From the NCBI RefSeq assembly GCF_006345805.1, contig NC_042998.1, positions 77,004,001 through 77,068,000 of the forward strand: DNA of 64,000 nt, written 5' to 3'. A program made the position numbers and the translations under genes. The stretch is from Octopus sinensis. Taxonomy: Eukaryota. The notes under the pieces were generated by a model that worked only from the letters and a program-made list of their open reading frames with translations, had not been told where the DNA came from and ran no database searches. Positions 1-14,328 of the stretch are shown piece after piece (positions within the stretch are counted from its first letter, which is position 1; every line of letters starts with the position of its first letter).

Positions 1-23
1 ATATATATATATATATACATATA

Positions 24-1212
24 CTAGCTGAAGGTGACCCGCTCTACGCGTGGGTAAGAGTGTGGTTGTTACTTTCTGTGGCTTCCTTTCAGCACGTAAA
101 AAGCACCATCCGAACGTGGCCGATTGCAGCGCCGCCTTGACTGGCTTCTGTGCCGGTGGCACGTAAAAAGCACCAACCGATCGTGGACGCTGCCAGCCCC
201 CCTGGTACCTGTGCCGGCGGCACGAAAAAAGTACCCACTACAGAGTGGTTGGCGTTAGGAAGGTCATCCACCTGTAGAAACATTGCCAGATCAGACTGGA
301 GCCTGGTGCAGCCTCCTGGCTTCCCAGACCCCGGTCAAACTGTCCAACCCGTGCTAGCACGGAAAAGGGACGTTAAACGATGATGATGATGATGATGATG
401 ATTCTCCCTCTTTGTTTCTCTCTCCTTTCTCTCTCACTTTCCCCACTCTCTTACTTTTCTTTTCTCTCGGACACTCCCTCGCTTTCTCTTACTCTCTATC
501 TTTATCTATCTCTCTCCCATTTATAAACAACAAAAGATCTTGAGTAAGTTGAGAAGTAAAATATTTAGAAAGATCAATCTAAATATCAGGCAGTGGCAAC
601 GGAAGGGTCTGCTTCAAGGCAGACAGCAAAACACTAACATTCAAAAGGGACAGACGAACTTGCGTGCTGAATAAAAATAATAAAATATTGGAAACCAAAG
701 TTTGAAGGGATAGAATCTGAGGATAGTAGAGTCATCATGGCTGTCATTTCTTAACGACGGACGGCAACGTATTGACAGTTTAACGGCTGGCGTAAAATTT
801 TGAGCTTGATGTAAAAGAAAATTCGTAAACACCAAGTTTTGAAGTGATTCTTTCTCACGACAGTAGACTCACCATGGCAAGCATTCAAAACTTCTTCATC
901 ATGGACGGCAACACATTGACGATTAAAAGGCTGGTGCAAATTTTTTAGCTTGATATAACAGAGAATTCCTAAACACTCGCTCATTTAAATTTTAATCCCT
1001 TTCCAGCCCCATTTAGACCCCTTTTCGCATTTTGGTTAATATAACCCGATTTCATTCGGGTCTACTGGGGCCACATTTTATAAGATGATGAATTTTGTCC
1101 TAGAGGTCACGCGCTTCATTTGAGGAAAAAATAGTTGTCATGCAAACTTGCCAGCACTTTTAACATAGGTCTGCATATTTTCAGCTGAACCGACCGACCA
1201 CATAATGCACAG

Positions 1213-1215
<3 letters not shown>
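24..1215 (+). mobile_element. Non-autonomous Helitron/Helentron-like (HINE/DINE-type) element, copy 1, with nested SINE-like insertion
   Basis: Starts (A)CTAGCTGAAGGTGACCCGCTCTACGCGTGGG, has a CT-rich internal tract and ends ...CACATAATGCACAGAT into (TA)n. A near-identical copy lies at 2059-3230. The class is inferred from end architecture only. Confidence 0.4.
91..402 (+). mobile_element. SINE-like interspersed repeat with (GAT)n tail
   Basis: Three internal ~60-nt units beginning GCACG(T)AAAAAG(C/T)ACC, then a 3' (GAT)n tail at ~379-402. Second copy at 2126-2432. Confidence 0.6.
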
Positions 1216-1251
<36 letters not shown>

Positions 1252-1324
1252 ATTTATATATGTGTATATATATATATGTGTGTGTGTGCACGCATTATAT
1301 ATACAAATGTATACAAATTATATA

Positions 1325-1363
<39 letters not shown>

Positions 1364-1689
1364 AAATTAAATTAGAGATAAAACCGCTAATAGGCAAATC
1401 AAACAGTGAAAAACAAAAACCAAAAACATAAAAATAAAAATATAATATAGAAAATATATAAAATATAAAATTGAAAAATTTAAAGTATTTAAATTTAAAA
1501 TAAAAATTATTAAAGTATATTTATAATTTGTTTAAAAATATATATAACTATGAAAAAGTATTAAAAAGTTTAATATACATAAATATAGATATATACACTT
1601 TGTATATATACATTATATATACATATTTATATATAGAACACACACACACACACACACGCACATATATAAATGAACGCAAGAAATATCTG

Positions 1690-1966
1690 ATTCATAATAT
1701 TTGTTCTCATGATTGTGTGTTGTTTGTGGCGATGATAATTCTCTCTTTGAACGCAGACAGCGCGATAAAGAACGCCGTTTGACGAACTTATAAAGGGAAA
1801 CTGAAGGGGAGTTAGAGGGGAATGGAGGAAATAGCGTGAGTGAGGAAGACAGATACGTAAAAGAATGGGAGTGGATTTGTCAAAGTGGGTTTTTGGCCCT
1901 AGCAACGACACCTTTTAAGATAGGGATTTCTAAGGTAGCCCACGGGCATCGTCACCTCATTTTACA
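1690..1966. repeat. Dispersed repeat, paired with 3610-3959
   Basis: Both copies share GGCCCTAGCAACGACACCTTTTAAGATAGGGATTTCTAAGGTAG(C/T)CCACGGGCATCGTCACCTCATTTTACA. Confidence 0.75.
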
Positions 1967-2058
1967 TGTCCCTGTAAATTTTGGAGTCAATCCGACGGGT
2001 TGTAGTGGCCTTGAAAGCGATCCAAGCGGTCCAAACGCATTTCAGTTTTATATATAGA

Positions 2059-3230
2059 CTATCTGAAGGTGACCCGCTCTACGCGCGGGTAAGAGTGTGG
2101 TTGTTACTTTCTGTTGCTTCCTTTCAGCACGTAAAAAGCGCTATCCGAACATGGCCGATTGCAGTGTCGCTTTGACTGGCTTCTGTGCCGGTGGCACGTA
2201 AAAAGCACCAACCGATCGTGGCCGCTGCCAGCGCCCCCTGGCACCTGTGCCGGTGGCACGAAAAAAGCACCCACTACGCTCTTGGAGTGGTTGGCGTTAG
2301 GAAGAGCATCCACCTGTAGAAACGCTGCCAGATCAGACTGGAGCCTGGTGCAGCCTCCTGGCTTCCCAGACCCCGGTCAAACTGTCCAACCCGTGCTAGC
2401 ACGCAAAACGGACGTTAAACGATGATGATGATTCTCCCTCTTTGTTTCTCTCTCCTTTCTCTCTCACTTTCCCCACTCTCTTACTCTTCCTTTATCTCGG
2501 ACTCTTCCTCGCTTTCTCTTACTCTCTATCTTTATCTCTCTCCCATTTATAAACAACAAAAGATCTTGAGTAAGTTGAGAAATAAAATATTTAGAAACAT
2601 CAATCAGGCAGTAACAACGGAAAGGTCTGCTTCGAGGCAGACAGCAAAACACTAACATTTAAAAGGGACAGACGAACTTGCGTGCTGAATAAAAATAATA
2701 AAATATTGGAAACCAAAGTTTGAAGGGGTAGAATCTGAGGATAGTAGAGTCACAATGGCTGGCATTTCTTAACGACGGACAGCAACGTATTGACAGTTTA
2801 ACGGCTGGCGTAAAATTTTGAACTTGATGTAAAAGAAAATTCGTAAACACCAAGTTTTGAAGTGATTCTTTCTCACGACAGTAGACTCACCATGGCAAGC
2901 ATTCAAAACTTCTTCATCATGGACGGCAACACATTGACGATTAAAAGGCTGGCGCAAATTTTTTAGCTTGATGTAACAGAGAATTCCTAAACACCCGCTC
3001 CTTTAAATTTTAATCCTCTTCCAGTCCCATTTAGACCCCTTTTCACATTTTGGTTAATATAACCCGATTTCATTCGGGTCTACTGGGGCCACATTTTATA
3101 AGATGAGGAATTTTGTCCTAGAGGTCACGCGCTTCATTTGAGGAAAAAAATAGTTGTCATGCAAACTTGCCAGCACTTTTAACATAGGTCTGCATATTTT
3201 CAGCTCAACCGACCACATAATGCATACATT
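2059..3230 (+). mobile_element. Non-autonomous Helitron/Helentron-like element, copy 2 (nested SINE-like repeat 2126-2432)
   Basis: Colinear and highly similar to 24-1215 at an offset of ~2035 bp, including the nested insertion at the same point. Confidence 0.4.
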
Positions 3231-3245
3231 ATATATACGTATATG

Positions 3246-3282
<37 letters not shown>

Positions 3283-3609
3283 TGGAGTGTCTCTCATACG
3301 TGAGCGTTGACGCTGAATTCGACTGGTAAGCATGTAACCTTGTCTTTGTTGAAATAGTTGTGTGCTGCTGGAGTTATTTCTCTGACGGGTAATAGGAATT
3401 TCCATATCCTCTGAGGAAACGAACTGTTGACCCAGACAATTAGAATTAATTTCAATAAAAGCATCAATTTAAGAAAAAATAATAAAGTAGTAAAAAATGA
3501 AAATTTAGCACGAAAAATTTGCAGGGTTCTAAATAAATGTTAAAATGTAATAGATACGAAAAACCTACATTATCGCCAGAACACGAACGCTCGTTGGTGT
3601 GTTCTGTTT

Positions 3610-3959
3610 GTATTTGCTCCATCGGCGCGTTGACAGGCAGACAATAGAATGCGATGGTGAGATTTATAATATTTGTTGTCATGATTGTGTGTTGGATGTG
3701 GCGATGGTAATTCTCCCTATGAATGCAGACAGATACATAAAAGAAGGCCGTTTGAGGAAGTGAAAGTGATGGGAATGTATGAAATAGAGTGAGTGAAAAA
3801 GTGCTGGGAAGAGAGGAAATAGCGAGAGTGAGTTGAGTAAGACAGATACATTGAAGAACGGGAGTGGACTTGTCAAAGTGTGTTTCTGGCCCTAGCAACG
3901 ACACCTTTTAAGATAGGGATTTCTAAGGTAGTCCACGGGCATCGTCACCTCATTTTACA
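3610..3959. repeat. Dispersed repeat, paired with 1690-1966
   Basis: Same terminal ~70 nt as 1690-1966; upstream part more diverged. Confidence 0.75.
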
Positions 3960-4474
3960 AGAAAGCCAAGACACTGCAATATTTGTCATGAGAATGAATG
4001 TCGTATAGATGCTTAGTGCTAAAAAGCAAAGATGTATCAGTAGTAGATGAAAATTGTCCAGTAACTGAGATATAAATGCCATTTCATGAGAATTCTGCGT
4101 ATTTGCTCTTCATTAGAAATATTTATCCACCATCGCGATATGTTTACACAAATTTCCGCTCAAATTATATGTAGAAAAACAGTGACTAACCAGTCATTAA
4201 TCTCGTAAACGCATAACATCGCTAACAACGAATTTTTACTCAGCCCGCCAGCTATTTGTCTATTACTGATACTTCGTTTTTTTTTTAGTTCTATATGTCA
4301 ACACGAGATGCATTTCTACTGGTGTGGCTCATGCAGAAAATGAACCAACAACTAAGAAAAAAGTACATGCAAGATCAGTAATATAAAATCACACCACACA
4401 CAAGAAATCAACCGCATAAGGCGGCTGTGAAAAGGGTAGTAAGTCACAGAAATGCACATACATACATACATACA

Positions 4475-4549
<75 letters not shown>

Positions 4550-6373
4550 ACATGGAACCAATGGTAGTCTAGCTGTTCCACGAATAAAGCCTATTTGTGT
4601 CTGAGTGTGTGTGTGTGTGTGTAGTACATATGTGTATGTGCGTCCATGTGTGTGCGCATGTGTGTCTAGTGAGAGAAGTAGACGGAGAAAGGGAAAAAGA
4701 TTGAAGGAAGGAAAGGGAAATACATAGTTATAGATAGACATTTATAAGGAATGTGCCTCCACTTCGTTTAAATGTATCGACATAAGTGCCATGACCCCTT
4801 GTATGAAACCTTTGTGGTATGTATATATAATGTTCGGTCTTCATCAACAATTTCTTGCCTGATATCAGCTCCAGTAGTCTTTAATCCGTATAGTATACGG
4901 TGAAATTAGTATCAGCACGATACTTTGGTATTTCTGACACAAAGTCTCCATAATTATTGATGAAATGATGTAGCTAGTTATTTGTAACCAAGCTACTGTT
5001 GTTATTCATTTATCTCACCATTTTCTGTATATGAAATAAGTTGGTTTCATTTCGATCGATCGTTCGGACATCAAATTATAAATAAATCAAACTTGTGAAT
5101 AGAAATTGTTATTCAAAATAATGAATGAATTTAAAATAGAAACGGTATGTAAATTTTAATTGGCAATTTATCAGATAACGATTATATATAATTCTAGTTC
5201 TTGTATAGAAGAAACGGAAGTCTGTATCAAAGAACACGTGGCAATGTTAGCAGCTTGCTGTTTTGAAATCTACATACAAGTTGGTATCATTGTCACATGT
5301 TAGTTACACGTTACACTGCAGACAGAATGATAATCAGAACTTATAAAACGCCATTTCAATCTACTTCTATTTCCTATACTCGTGTTTGCGTTCAACATTT
5401 CCAGCACAGACTCCTCTTTAAGTGATTGAAGCATGTGTCTATATCTTACGCCTTAGATGGCAAATAAATATGAATTCCTAGCTTAAATATATATGGCAAC
5501 TTCTTGTATTCGATCATTCTTAGGAAACAAGATAAAATATACCAAAAATATATTGAGGAAAGGTTATGAAATAACTTTTTCTTATACCATCAAAATCTTT
5601 CTCGTTTCTCCTTACTGCTCCACTTGTCACTGAACGTTTTGGTTCTCTTTTGAAGAGATTTAAAATTATTTGAATGAAAATCTCATGTGGGGAAACAAGG
5701 ATATGCAATAACCGCATTGCTTTCAAATTAATACTCTGAGAGTACACGTAAACTACTCACAGACAATATTACGCGTTAAGATCGAGGGATATACAGCATT
5801 TCAGTGATTACTCTGCCATTTTAACTTTAGGTATTGGTTTGTATATTTATCAGTTTCTTTAACTAAAACCCTTACCTCCACCATGTACTGAAATGTACAG
5901 GAGGGCGATAAACACAATGTTTCGGAGAATATCATATACTCGTAACATAATTTAAGTGTCTACCATAAATGATCTCATATTTTAGTCAAGTTGAATATCA
6001 GTTTCTCCTGATTGCAGATCTGCGATTTCTTAGGCAAATAAGTATTTACATTCTTTTTGCATAAAACAATGTTCCTTTTCCATAGTTCAAACAACGATTA
6101 ATAATGGTGAATTAAAAATGTGTTCGTGCTTTTCTAGAAAAGGTGACTTCTCATAGGCACGTGTCTCTAATTTGGATTGAATATCTCGCGCCTCTGTGCT
6201 GTAGATTTATAATTTTGCTAGACATGTACCCTGGTTTAATTGAACGCTTTTTCACTAGGCAAGATACGCAATGTTTGCTAGCTTCATTACCAAACGTCTT
6301 CCATTTTTGGGAAGAAAGGAACACTATAGACAGTTCGTCTCCAACTTCTCTCAGTGCAGCGTGCATGTTCAAT

Positions 6374-6374
<1 letters not shown>

Positions 6375-6432
<58 letters not shown>
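6375..6432. repeat. (AG)n microsatellite
   Basis: Perfect AG dinucleotide run. Confidence 0.95.
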
Positions 6433-6435
<3 letters not shown>

Positions 6436-6494
6436 AATACTTATAAGCATGTAAAGTAGTAACTACAGTTTTCTGAAGCTACTCAATTTATAAA

Positions 6495-6690
6495 CAGATT
6501 GGCAATTACTGTTTGGACGCCGGACAAAACGATTAGCGGCATTTTGTCTGTCTTCACGACCTGAGTTCAAGATCCTCCTAGGCCGACTTTGCAGGGTCGA
6601 TAAAATAAGTGCCAGTTTGACGACTGGAGTCAATGCAGTCGACTAGCTTTTCCTCTGAAATTACTGGCCTTGTGCCCAAATTCGATATCA
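6495..6690 (+). mobile_element. tRNA-derived SINE family B, diverged copy
   Basis: CTGAGTTCAA (B box-like) followed by CCGACTTTGC...GGGTCGATAAAATAAGTGCCAG, similar to the copies at 39038-39700. Confidence 0.55.
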
Positions 6691-7657
6691 TTATTTTACA
6701 GACACACAGACACACAGACACACACACACACACGCGCGGAAAAGTAAACAACCTGCATTTGACATCAAAAGATTGGGAAGCTACAACTCAGAAAGCAAAT
6801 AACCTGAACAATCACTCCAACTCTCTATCGACTCTGACAAATGATTGCCCTACCTTTTAAATAGGTTCTATATAGTTCTACTCTACCGGGCAGTAGCGCA
6901 TATCTCTACTAAAAACAAAATGATATCATTACTGGCTATATTTATAAATCGGATGACCTCGTTCTCCTTCACAAGATTTCTACTTATATTCCACAATTAT
7001 GTGCTGCGTCCCATCATTCGCCCTACAAACCTGCCTTCTGACGAACATGAATAATCGTGGGGATGAGGAGAAATATCCAGCACTTAATACATAAACACGT
7101 AGCAACCATTTCAAGTCAGAAACAGTGTACGTTCAGTGTTTTATTATTTGAACCAGAAATATATTTCAGATTTGAACACTTGCATGAGAGTTATCGCAAT
7201 GAAAATTGTTTGCCCTATATTTCCTCACATTATTATCGAATAATTTTATATTAGTGTTGTCTCCGTCCAGATTATGGTACGTTATCCAGAGACTATATGT
7301 CTATTTAATTAAGGAAATCAGATTTGATACTTAATGTAACGAATACAAAACAAGTTCACAAGAAATGATTTGATTTTAGTCATAATATATTGTTCAATAA
7401 TGGTACTTTGAGGGAAAAAAAAGCAATCTCTAAAATATTTCAGTTCCATTTAATAGAAGGATAAATGTAATGTCTCCTTTTTTTTGTTATCGTAATCTTA
7501 ATAGATTTCGCCGGAATTAAAACAAATGTACACAATATATTCTAGACTCACACGGACATAAAAGAGCATAAAATTGTTAATGTTTATGTCTGTATGAACG
7601 ATGAAGATATATATATGAATATTTGTAGATGTTTGTTGATAAGGTGTATGCATGTAA

Positions 7658-7720
<63 letters not shown>

Positions 7721-7854
7721 ATATATACACAGGTCAAGCATAAGAAATGTACTCAGTTATATATACACACATACATACCAAAATCTATAGATATATAGAT
7801 ATATAAATCTGTGTTTATATATTTGTGTCTATATATTCTTTTATTCTATATTTT

Positions 7855-8190
7855 AGTTGTTTCAGTCATTTGACTGCGGCCACGCTGGAGCACCGCCTTT
7901 AACCGAACAACTCGACTCTACGACTTATTCTTTGTAAGCCTACTACTTATTCAATCGGACACTTTTGCTGAACCGCTAAGTTACGTGGACGTAAGCACAA
8001 CTACATCGGTTGTCAAGTGATGGTGGGGGGGGGGAGAAATACAGACACACAAATACATACATATATATACGACTGGCTTCTTTCAGTTTCCGTTTACGAA
8101 ATCCACTTACAAGACTTTGGTCGCCCGAGGCTATAGTAGAGGACACTTGCCCAAGGTGCCACGCAGTGGTAGTCAACCCGGAACCATTGA
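7855..8190 (-). mobile_element. tRNA-derived CORE-like SINE family A, 5'-truncated (target region absent)
   Basis: The reverse strand reads ...CCACTGCGTGGCACCTTGGGCAAGTGTCCTCTACTATAGCCTCGGGCGACCAAAG... and ends GGCGGTGCTCCAGCGTGGCCGCAGTCAAATGACTGAAAC. Confidence 0.8.
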
Positions 8191-8803
8191 CGAGCAGGTT
8201 TCAATGTTTTATCCATGCAAGGGAATTTGAACCCGATATTCTCCAAGCTACTATCAAAAGATTTACGTACATCGAGTTCTGTGCGGAGGAACAATGCTTA
8301 TAAATATTTCAGGTATTGCTTTAGCATGGTGTGTAGCACGCCTGACATTTTTTACAGAAGATGTCTATTAGTGTAACACGGGCAACAGTCGCATTTATTT
8401 ATATCAACAGCGCGAAGCCGCTTCTACAGGCAAGTCAGTGTAGTTTCTATGAAGAGACAACTCTAGAGGAATAGAACACCGGGTGAGCTTAAGTATTCTA
8501 CTATGCTCTATATTTGCATTAATTCATCTCTGGATCATTAGCAAACCACTATAGATATGCTCTCATACACTCACACTATATATATATACATACATATATA
8601 TATAATCCGGATCTTGACTGACGATAGAAAACTTGTAATGACCCGTCCTTGTTTTCTTTGTATCGTCTATCTGGATGTTTTGTTGCCCCCTTTTGTATCA
8701 CCTAGTTGCCCGGATGTTTTGCGTTCTTGCCCCGTTTTGTATTTCATATATTTATATATACGTACACTTGCTCTCTCTCTCTCGGTTTCTCTCTCTCTCT
8801 CTA

Positions 8804-8864
<61 letters not shown>

Positions 8865-9176
8865 GTAGGGAATATAATTCCAAACTTACAGGAAAGATTC
8901 ACTTTAGCAATTCTAAATCAAATTTCACAAAATATAATATATGTATATATTTTAGAGATAAACCGCTGTTAAACAATTCAATAATGAAAGATGTTATTCA
9001 CACCATATAGAAAACATACACTATAAAAACATTATTCTAAAAATCCTTCAATAAGATAAGTTATGTTTTTATTTTAAGAAATATTGTTAAATGTTTTTCG
9101 ATTATTTTTAGTTAATACACGTATTTTTCTATATATATTTGATAATTAGTATAAGTTAAGATACGTACATTTATTC

Positions 9177-9260
<84 letters not shown>

Positions 9261-9685
9261 CATCATTATTTTAGACCTGATGAGTGACTATATTTTTAAA
9301 TAGAATTAATTTTAGATCGATTTAACGAATTGATTTTATTATACATATTCAATCTCATGTGGAATTCTCGTGTATAGTTCTGCAAATTATATTTGGCTAT
9401 GACGATCATACTGACGAGTTGCGGACATCTACAAACTAGTTTGTGATTAATCTGTATATTTTGTATTGTTTCATTTGGCTTGCTCGCTTACGTTTTGGCG
9501 TTTGCTAAATTTTCTTGAGAACATTCCTTTTTTAATGGTAAGTTCATAGGGGGTATTATTCTAGCATAAGAGATGTTCACTTAGTGGTCATCACTCTTAT
9601 ATGTACATAATATACATTTTCTATATCTTCAGATTTTTCTATATGCTAAACCACTAGTTTTAAATTGATATTCAATTTTCCCCCT

Positions 9686-9719
<34 letters not shown>

Positions 9720-9949
9720 TACGAAGATGTACTTGCATAGCAAGTGACCTGATCTGAGATCGTGTGCTGGAACGAAAACAATTGCAGCGTGGAAGGTGTT
9801 TATAAGCCATTTAAGAAACACACAAAAACCGTTAGATTCAATTCAACATTTAAATTTAATTTGTCAAAACATTTTCGTCGCTTTGAGACCGAGACCTGTT
9901 CACTGACAAAATTCCGTGCTGCATCATATATATATATATATATATACAC

Positions 9950-11010
9950 TGGATAAAGTAATGACTGGCGAATAGATCACAAGAAGTTGTGGTCGATGGA
10001 GTCCACTGAAGCCCAGGAAAAGTCACCAGTGGTGTCCCTCAGGGGACTGATTTGGGCCCGCTCCTCTGTATAATTTACATAATAACCTTTCCAGGGTCGT
10101 AAGTCACTGCAAAGTGAAAATATTTGCTTATGTCACGAAGCTCCAGCAAATCATCAATGAAGAAGCAGACCGAACTCAACTCTAGTATTAGCTATATGCT
10201 GTGAGTCAATGGGCAGAGAAAAACAAAATGCAACTGAACGAGGGAAAATTTGAGCTGATGCATTTTGGAAGAAAGTCTATGCTAAAACAGTCATACACTC
10301 TTCCTTCAGGGGAACCGCTCATTGTATCTAACAGTATCAGGGACCTGGGTATAATTGTAGCTAACAATCGCAGGGGAGTGCCCACATCAACAATATGGTC
10401 GATATAGCTCGTAGGATAAGCTCCTGAATCTTGAGAACTTTCCGGTCCAGAGAACAAGGTGTCGTCATTCCATTTTTCTCCTTTGTACGGCCACACCTCG
10501 AATACCTTGTGGTCTCCCCATACAAAACAAAACATCTCGAGGATTGAGTCACCCCAGAGGGCACTCACTAAATGAATTGAAGCCATGACTGATCTCAATT
10601 ACTGGGACCGCCTTAAAGCCTTGAAACCCTACTCTCTCCGGCGCCGCCGCGAGTGGTACATCATTTGTACGATGTGGAGAATATACCGACAACATTGCCA
10701 AACGACCTGAACATTAGTTTCAAGGTTCATCCAAGGCTGGGACCATGGTCCAGAGTCCCCTACCCAATTCAGGATCACAACATATAGATACACTCAACAC
10801 CAGCCCTGTTTAATATTGTCCCAAAACTGATCAAAGAGGAAAAGGATCCAATCACCTTTAAATGGAGTCTGGACAGATTTCTTCAAGGAATACCAGATAA
10901 GCCACCGATACCCGATACAACTCACTCAACAAGAACTCACTACTTCAAAGGACCATAAACAATACTTGATTTAAAAAGGATTTAGATAATCCTATCGGGT
11001 GGTGGTATTA
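9950..11010 (+). mobile_element. CR1-like LINE, 3' fragment of RT ORF (decayed)
   Basis: Translation ...QWAEKNKMQLNEGKFELMHFG... with frameshifts and stops. Highly similar to 12830-13440. Confidence 0.85.
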
Positions 11011-11152
11011 ATTTAGACATCACCAATATATATATATATATATTTGCTTATATATGGTGTCAGTGAGACCCAAAGGTATATCACAGAAACAGCTGTAAGA
11101 CCTATTTATATCTATTTTTATATATATATATTTATCTCTCTTTCTCTCTCTC

Positions 11153-11310
<158 letters not shown>

Positions 11311-11319
11311 TATTTATAT

Positions 11320-12090
11320 CTTTCAGGTTGCAGAGAGCAACTAATTCCTTCCGGTCTTTTCAGTCTCGTGTTTGGTCCCAACATGGCATCGCAAGGAGAA
11401 CAATAGTTGCTGTGTACCGTGCTTGTGTACTGACATCGCTTCTCTACTCATGTGAGACATGGACTCTGTACAAACGTCAGGTAAGGTCCCTGAACGTTTT
11501 CATCAGAGATGTCTCAGACACATTCTCAATATTGGCTGGACCTCAAAAATTCCAGACACACAGATCCTGAGGACAGCTGATATCTTGAGTATTGAGGCGA
11601 TGGTACACAATCACCGGTTGCGTTGAACTGGACACCTTATTAGAATGGAGGATAAAAGGATTCCTAAGCAGATGCTCTATGGAGAACTTGTGAATGGAAG
11701 GAGACTTCGGCAGGAACCAAGGCTGCGATTTAAGGACTGTGTCAAGTCCTCGTTAAAGGCCTTTGATATGCAGGACACTGACTGGGAGAACAATGTCTGT
11801 CATCGCCACAGATGGAGGAAGCAGTTTAAGGAGGGGATCGACACTTTTGAGAGAGCACCTATCCAGCATGAAGAACTTAAGCGAGATGCGCGAAAGCGCA
11901 CGGCTCATATAGTGAATGGGGAAAGCTTGGTCTGCAATGTTTGCGGTCGTGTATGCTTGTCAAGAGCAGGGCTCATTAGCCACCAACGGAGACGCAAATG
12001 CAAAATATAAGTTAGTCCTAGAGCGCACAATGTTTCTGAAGGTCGGCAATGGTCTTCCTCGGTCACGAGTGAACGACCATCATCATCATA
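11320..12090 (+). mobile_element. RTE-clade LINE 3' end (decayed)
   Basis: MEDKRIPKQMLYGEL...RLRFKDCVK and a C-terminal C2H2-like CNVCGRVCLSRAGLISH motif, typical of the RTE ORF C-terminus. Short (CAT)n tail at ~12077-12088. Confidence 0.8.
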
Positions 12091-12229
12091 TTTATATCTA
12101 TCTATGTATATATATTGGTAGGTATATATATATTTATCTATATATATATATACCTATATATATATAGATAGATATATCTATATATCTATCTATGTATATA
12201 TATTGGTAGGTATATATATATTTATCTAT

Positions 12230-12289
<60 letters not shown>

Positions 12290-12291
<2 letters not shown>

Positions 12292-13440
12292 GACATAACC
12301 TTCACTGCCACTGACATCATAGCAGCAATAAATGAGGTCAAATACTACTCTGCTGTAGGCACTGATAGATTCCCCGCTAGTCTCCTGAAGGAATGTGGAC
12401 ACCAACTTGCAGTCCCTCTGACCAACCTCTGGAGAAATTTGTTAGACGCAGGTTATATACCGAAACAGTTTCTTTCCCAGTCAGTCATCCCGGTTCTCAA
12501 ACAGGGAAACAGATCCCTCGCACTGAACTATCGCCCAATCTCACTCACCTCCCACATCATCAAAGTGTTTGAAAGAGTGTTAAGATCAAGGATAGCTGAC
12601 TTCCTGGAGACCCACAAACTCCTAAATGCAAATCAGCACGGCTTTCGCTGTGGCAGGGACTGTCTAACACAGCTCTTACACCAGATGTACTCAAAGCCTT
12701 GGGAACAGGTTCGAACTCTGATGTCATATATCTTGACTTCAGTATAGCGTTCGACAGGGTAGACCATAATATCCTACTCTCAAAATTGGCAAATGTTGGA
12801 ATCCGTGGAAAAGTTCTACACTGGATCAAGTATTTCCTGGCGAATAGAACACAACATGTTGTAGTTGATGGAGTCCACTGAAGCCCAGCAAAAGTCACCA
12901 GTGGTGTCCCCCAGGGGACTGACATAAACGACCTTTCCAGCGTCGTACTTTACTGCAAAGTGAAAATATTTGCTGATGACACTAAGCTCCAGCAAATGGT
13001 CAATGAAGAAGCAGACCGAACTCAACTCCAGTCTGATCTATATGCTATGAGTCAATGGGCAGACAGAAACAAAATGCAACTGAACGAGGGAAAATTTGAG
13101 ATGATGCATTTTGGAAGAAATTTCTCACTAAAACAGCCATACTCTCTTCCTTCAGGGGAACCACTCACAGCCTCTAACAATATCAGAGACCTGGGTATAA
13201 TTGTTGATGACGATCTCAGTTGGAGTGCACACATCAACAAGAAGGTCGATATAGCTCGTAGGATGAGTTCCTGGATCTTAAGAACTTTCCGGTCCAGAGA
13301 ACAAGGTGTCATCATACCACTTTTCTCCTCCTTTGTACGGCCACAACTCGAATACTGCTGCCCACTGTGGTCTTCCCATACAAGACAAAACATCTCGAGG
13401 ATTGAATCACCCCAGAGAGCACTCACTAAACAAATTGAGT
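12290..13440 (+). mobile_element. CR1-like LINE RT fragment (decayed)
   Basis: NYRPISLTSHIIKVFER, NQHGFR, DVIYLDFSIAFDRVDH, FADDTK and RPQLEYCCPLWS motifs across frameshifts. Confidence 0.9.
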
Positions 13441-13815
13441 GTACTCAGACTTTCCTCTACATGATGTGGCAGTCACTTTGCCTCTTACTCGGATTTTCAG
13501 AAATTTTGCATGTCTGTATCCGAAAATTTCTTCATACAACTTGATCAAATATCCAATATGAACTATATGTAGACATGCATAAATTCTATAGGTTTAAAAC
13601 CTTTCATCAGATCTCCATGAATCGAACTTTCTTCAATGCAGTTAATCCTACAACCTCTTTTATATCTACCCCTTTTGATGTTTGGGAATTCTCTGATATT
13701 TTTTCGGCTGACGAGTACGAGCCATCTGTATTCACTGCATTTTTTGTAGCTTATTAAAGATGTCCTCGTACGAAACGATCGTACCGAGATTTTAATCCAT
13801 TCTTGTTGCTTTTTT

Positions 13816-13859
<44 letters not shown>

Positions 13860-13964
13860 TATCTATGCATATATATATATATATACATATCTATATATAT
13901 ATATATATCATATATATATATATAGATATATATATATATATACATATCTATCTATCTATCTATA

Positions 13965-14034
<70 letters not shown>

Positions 14035-14275
14035 CCAGAAATGGAGGTTACGAGAGGTAATGGTGTCAGTGACACCCAAAGGTATATCATAGAAACAGCT
14101 GTAAGACCTTCTATTTATAAATGTTCTAGAACCTACACAGCCTTGGTTTTTTTATCTCATTACGAAAAAAAGTTTTATATCTATTTTTATATATATATAT
14201 TTATCTCTCTTTCTCTCTGTCACCCAATATATATATATATATATTTATATCTCTTTATCTATGTATATCCATCTA

Positions 14276-14328
<53 letters not shown>

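Noticed and set aside
13440-13820. Possible APE-endonuclease N-terminal relic on the minus strand
   Set aside because: Similarity (VVGLTALKKVRF) is too weak to support by eye.
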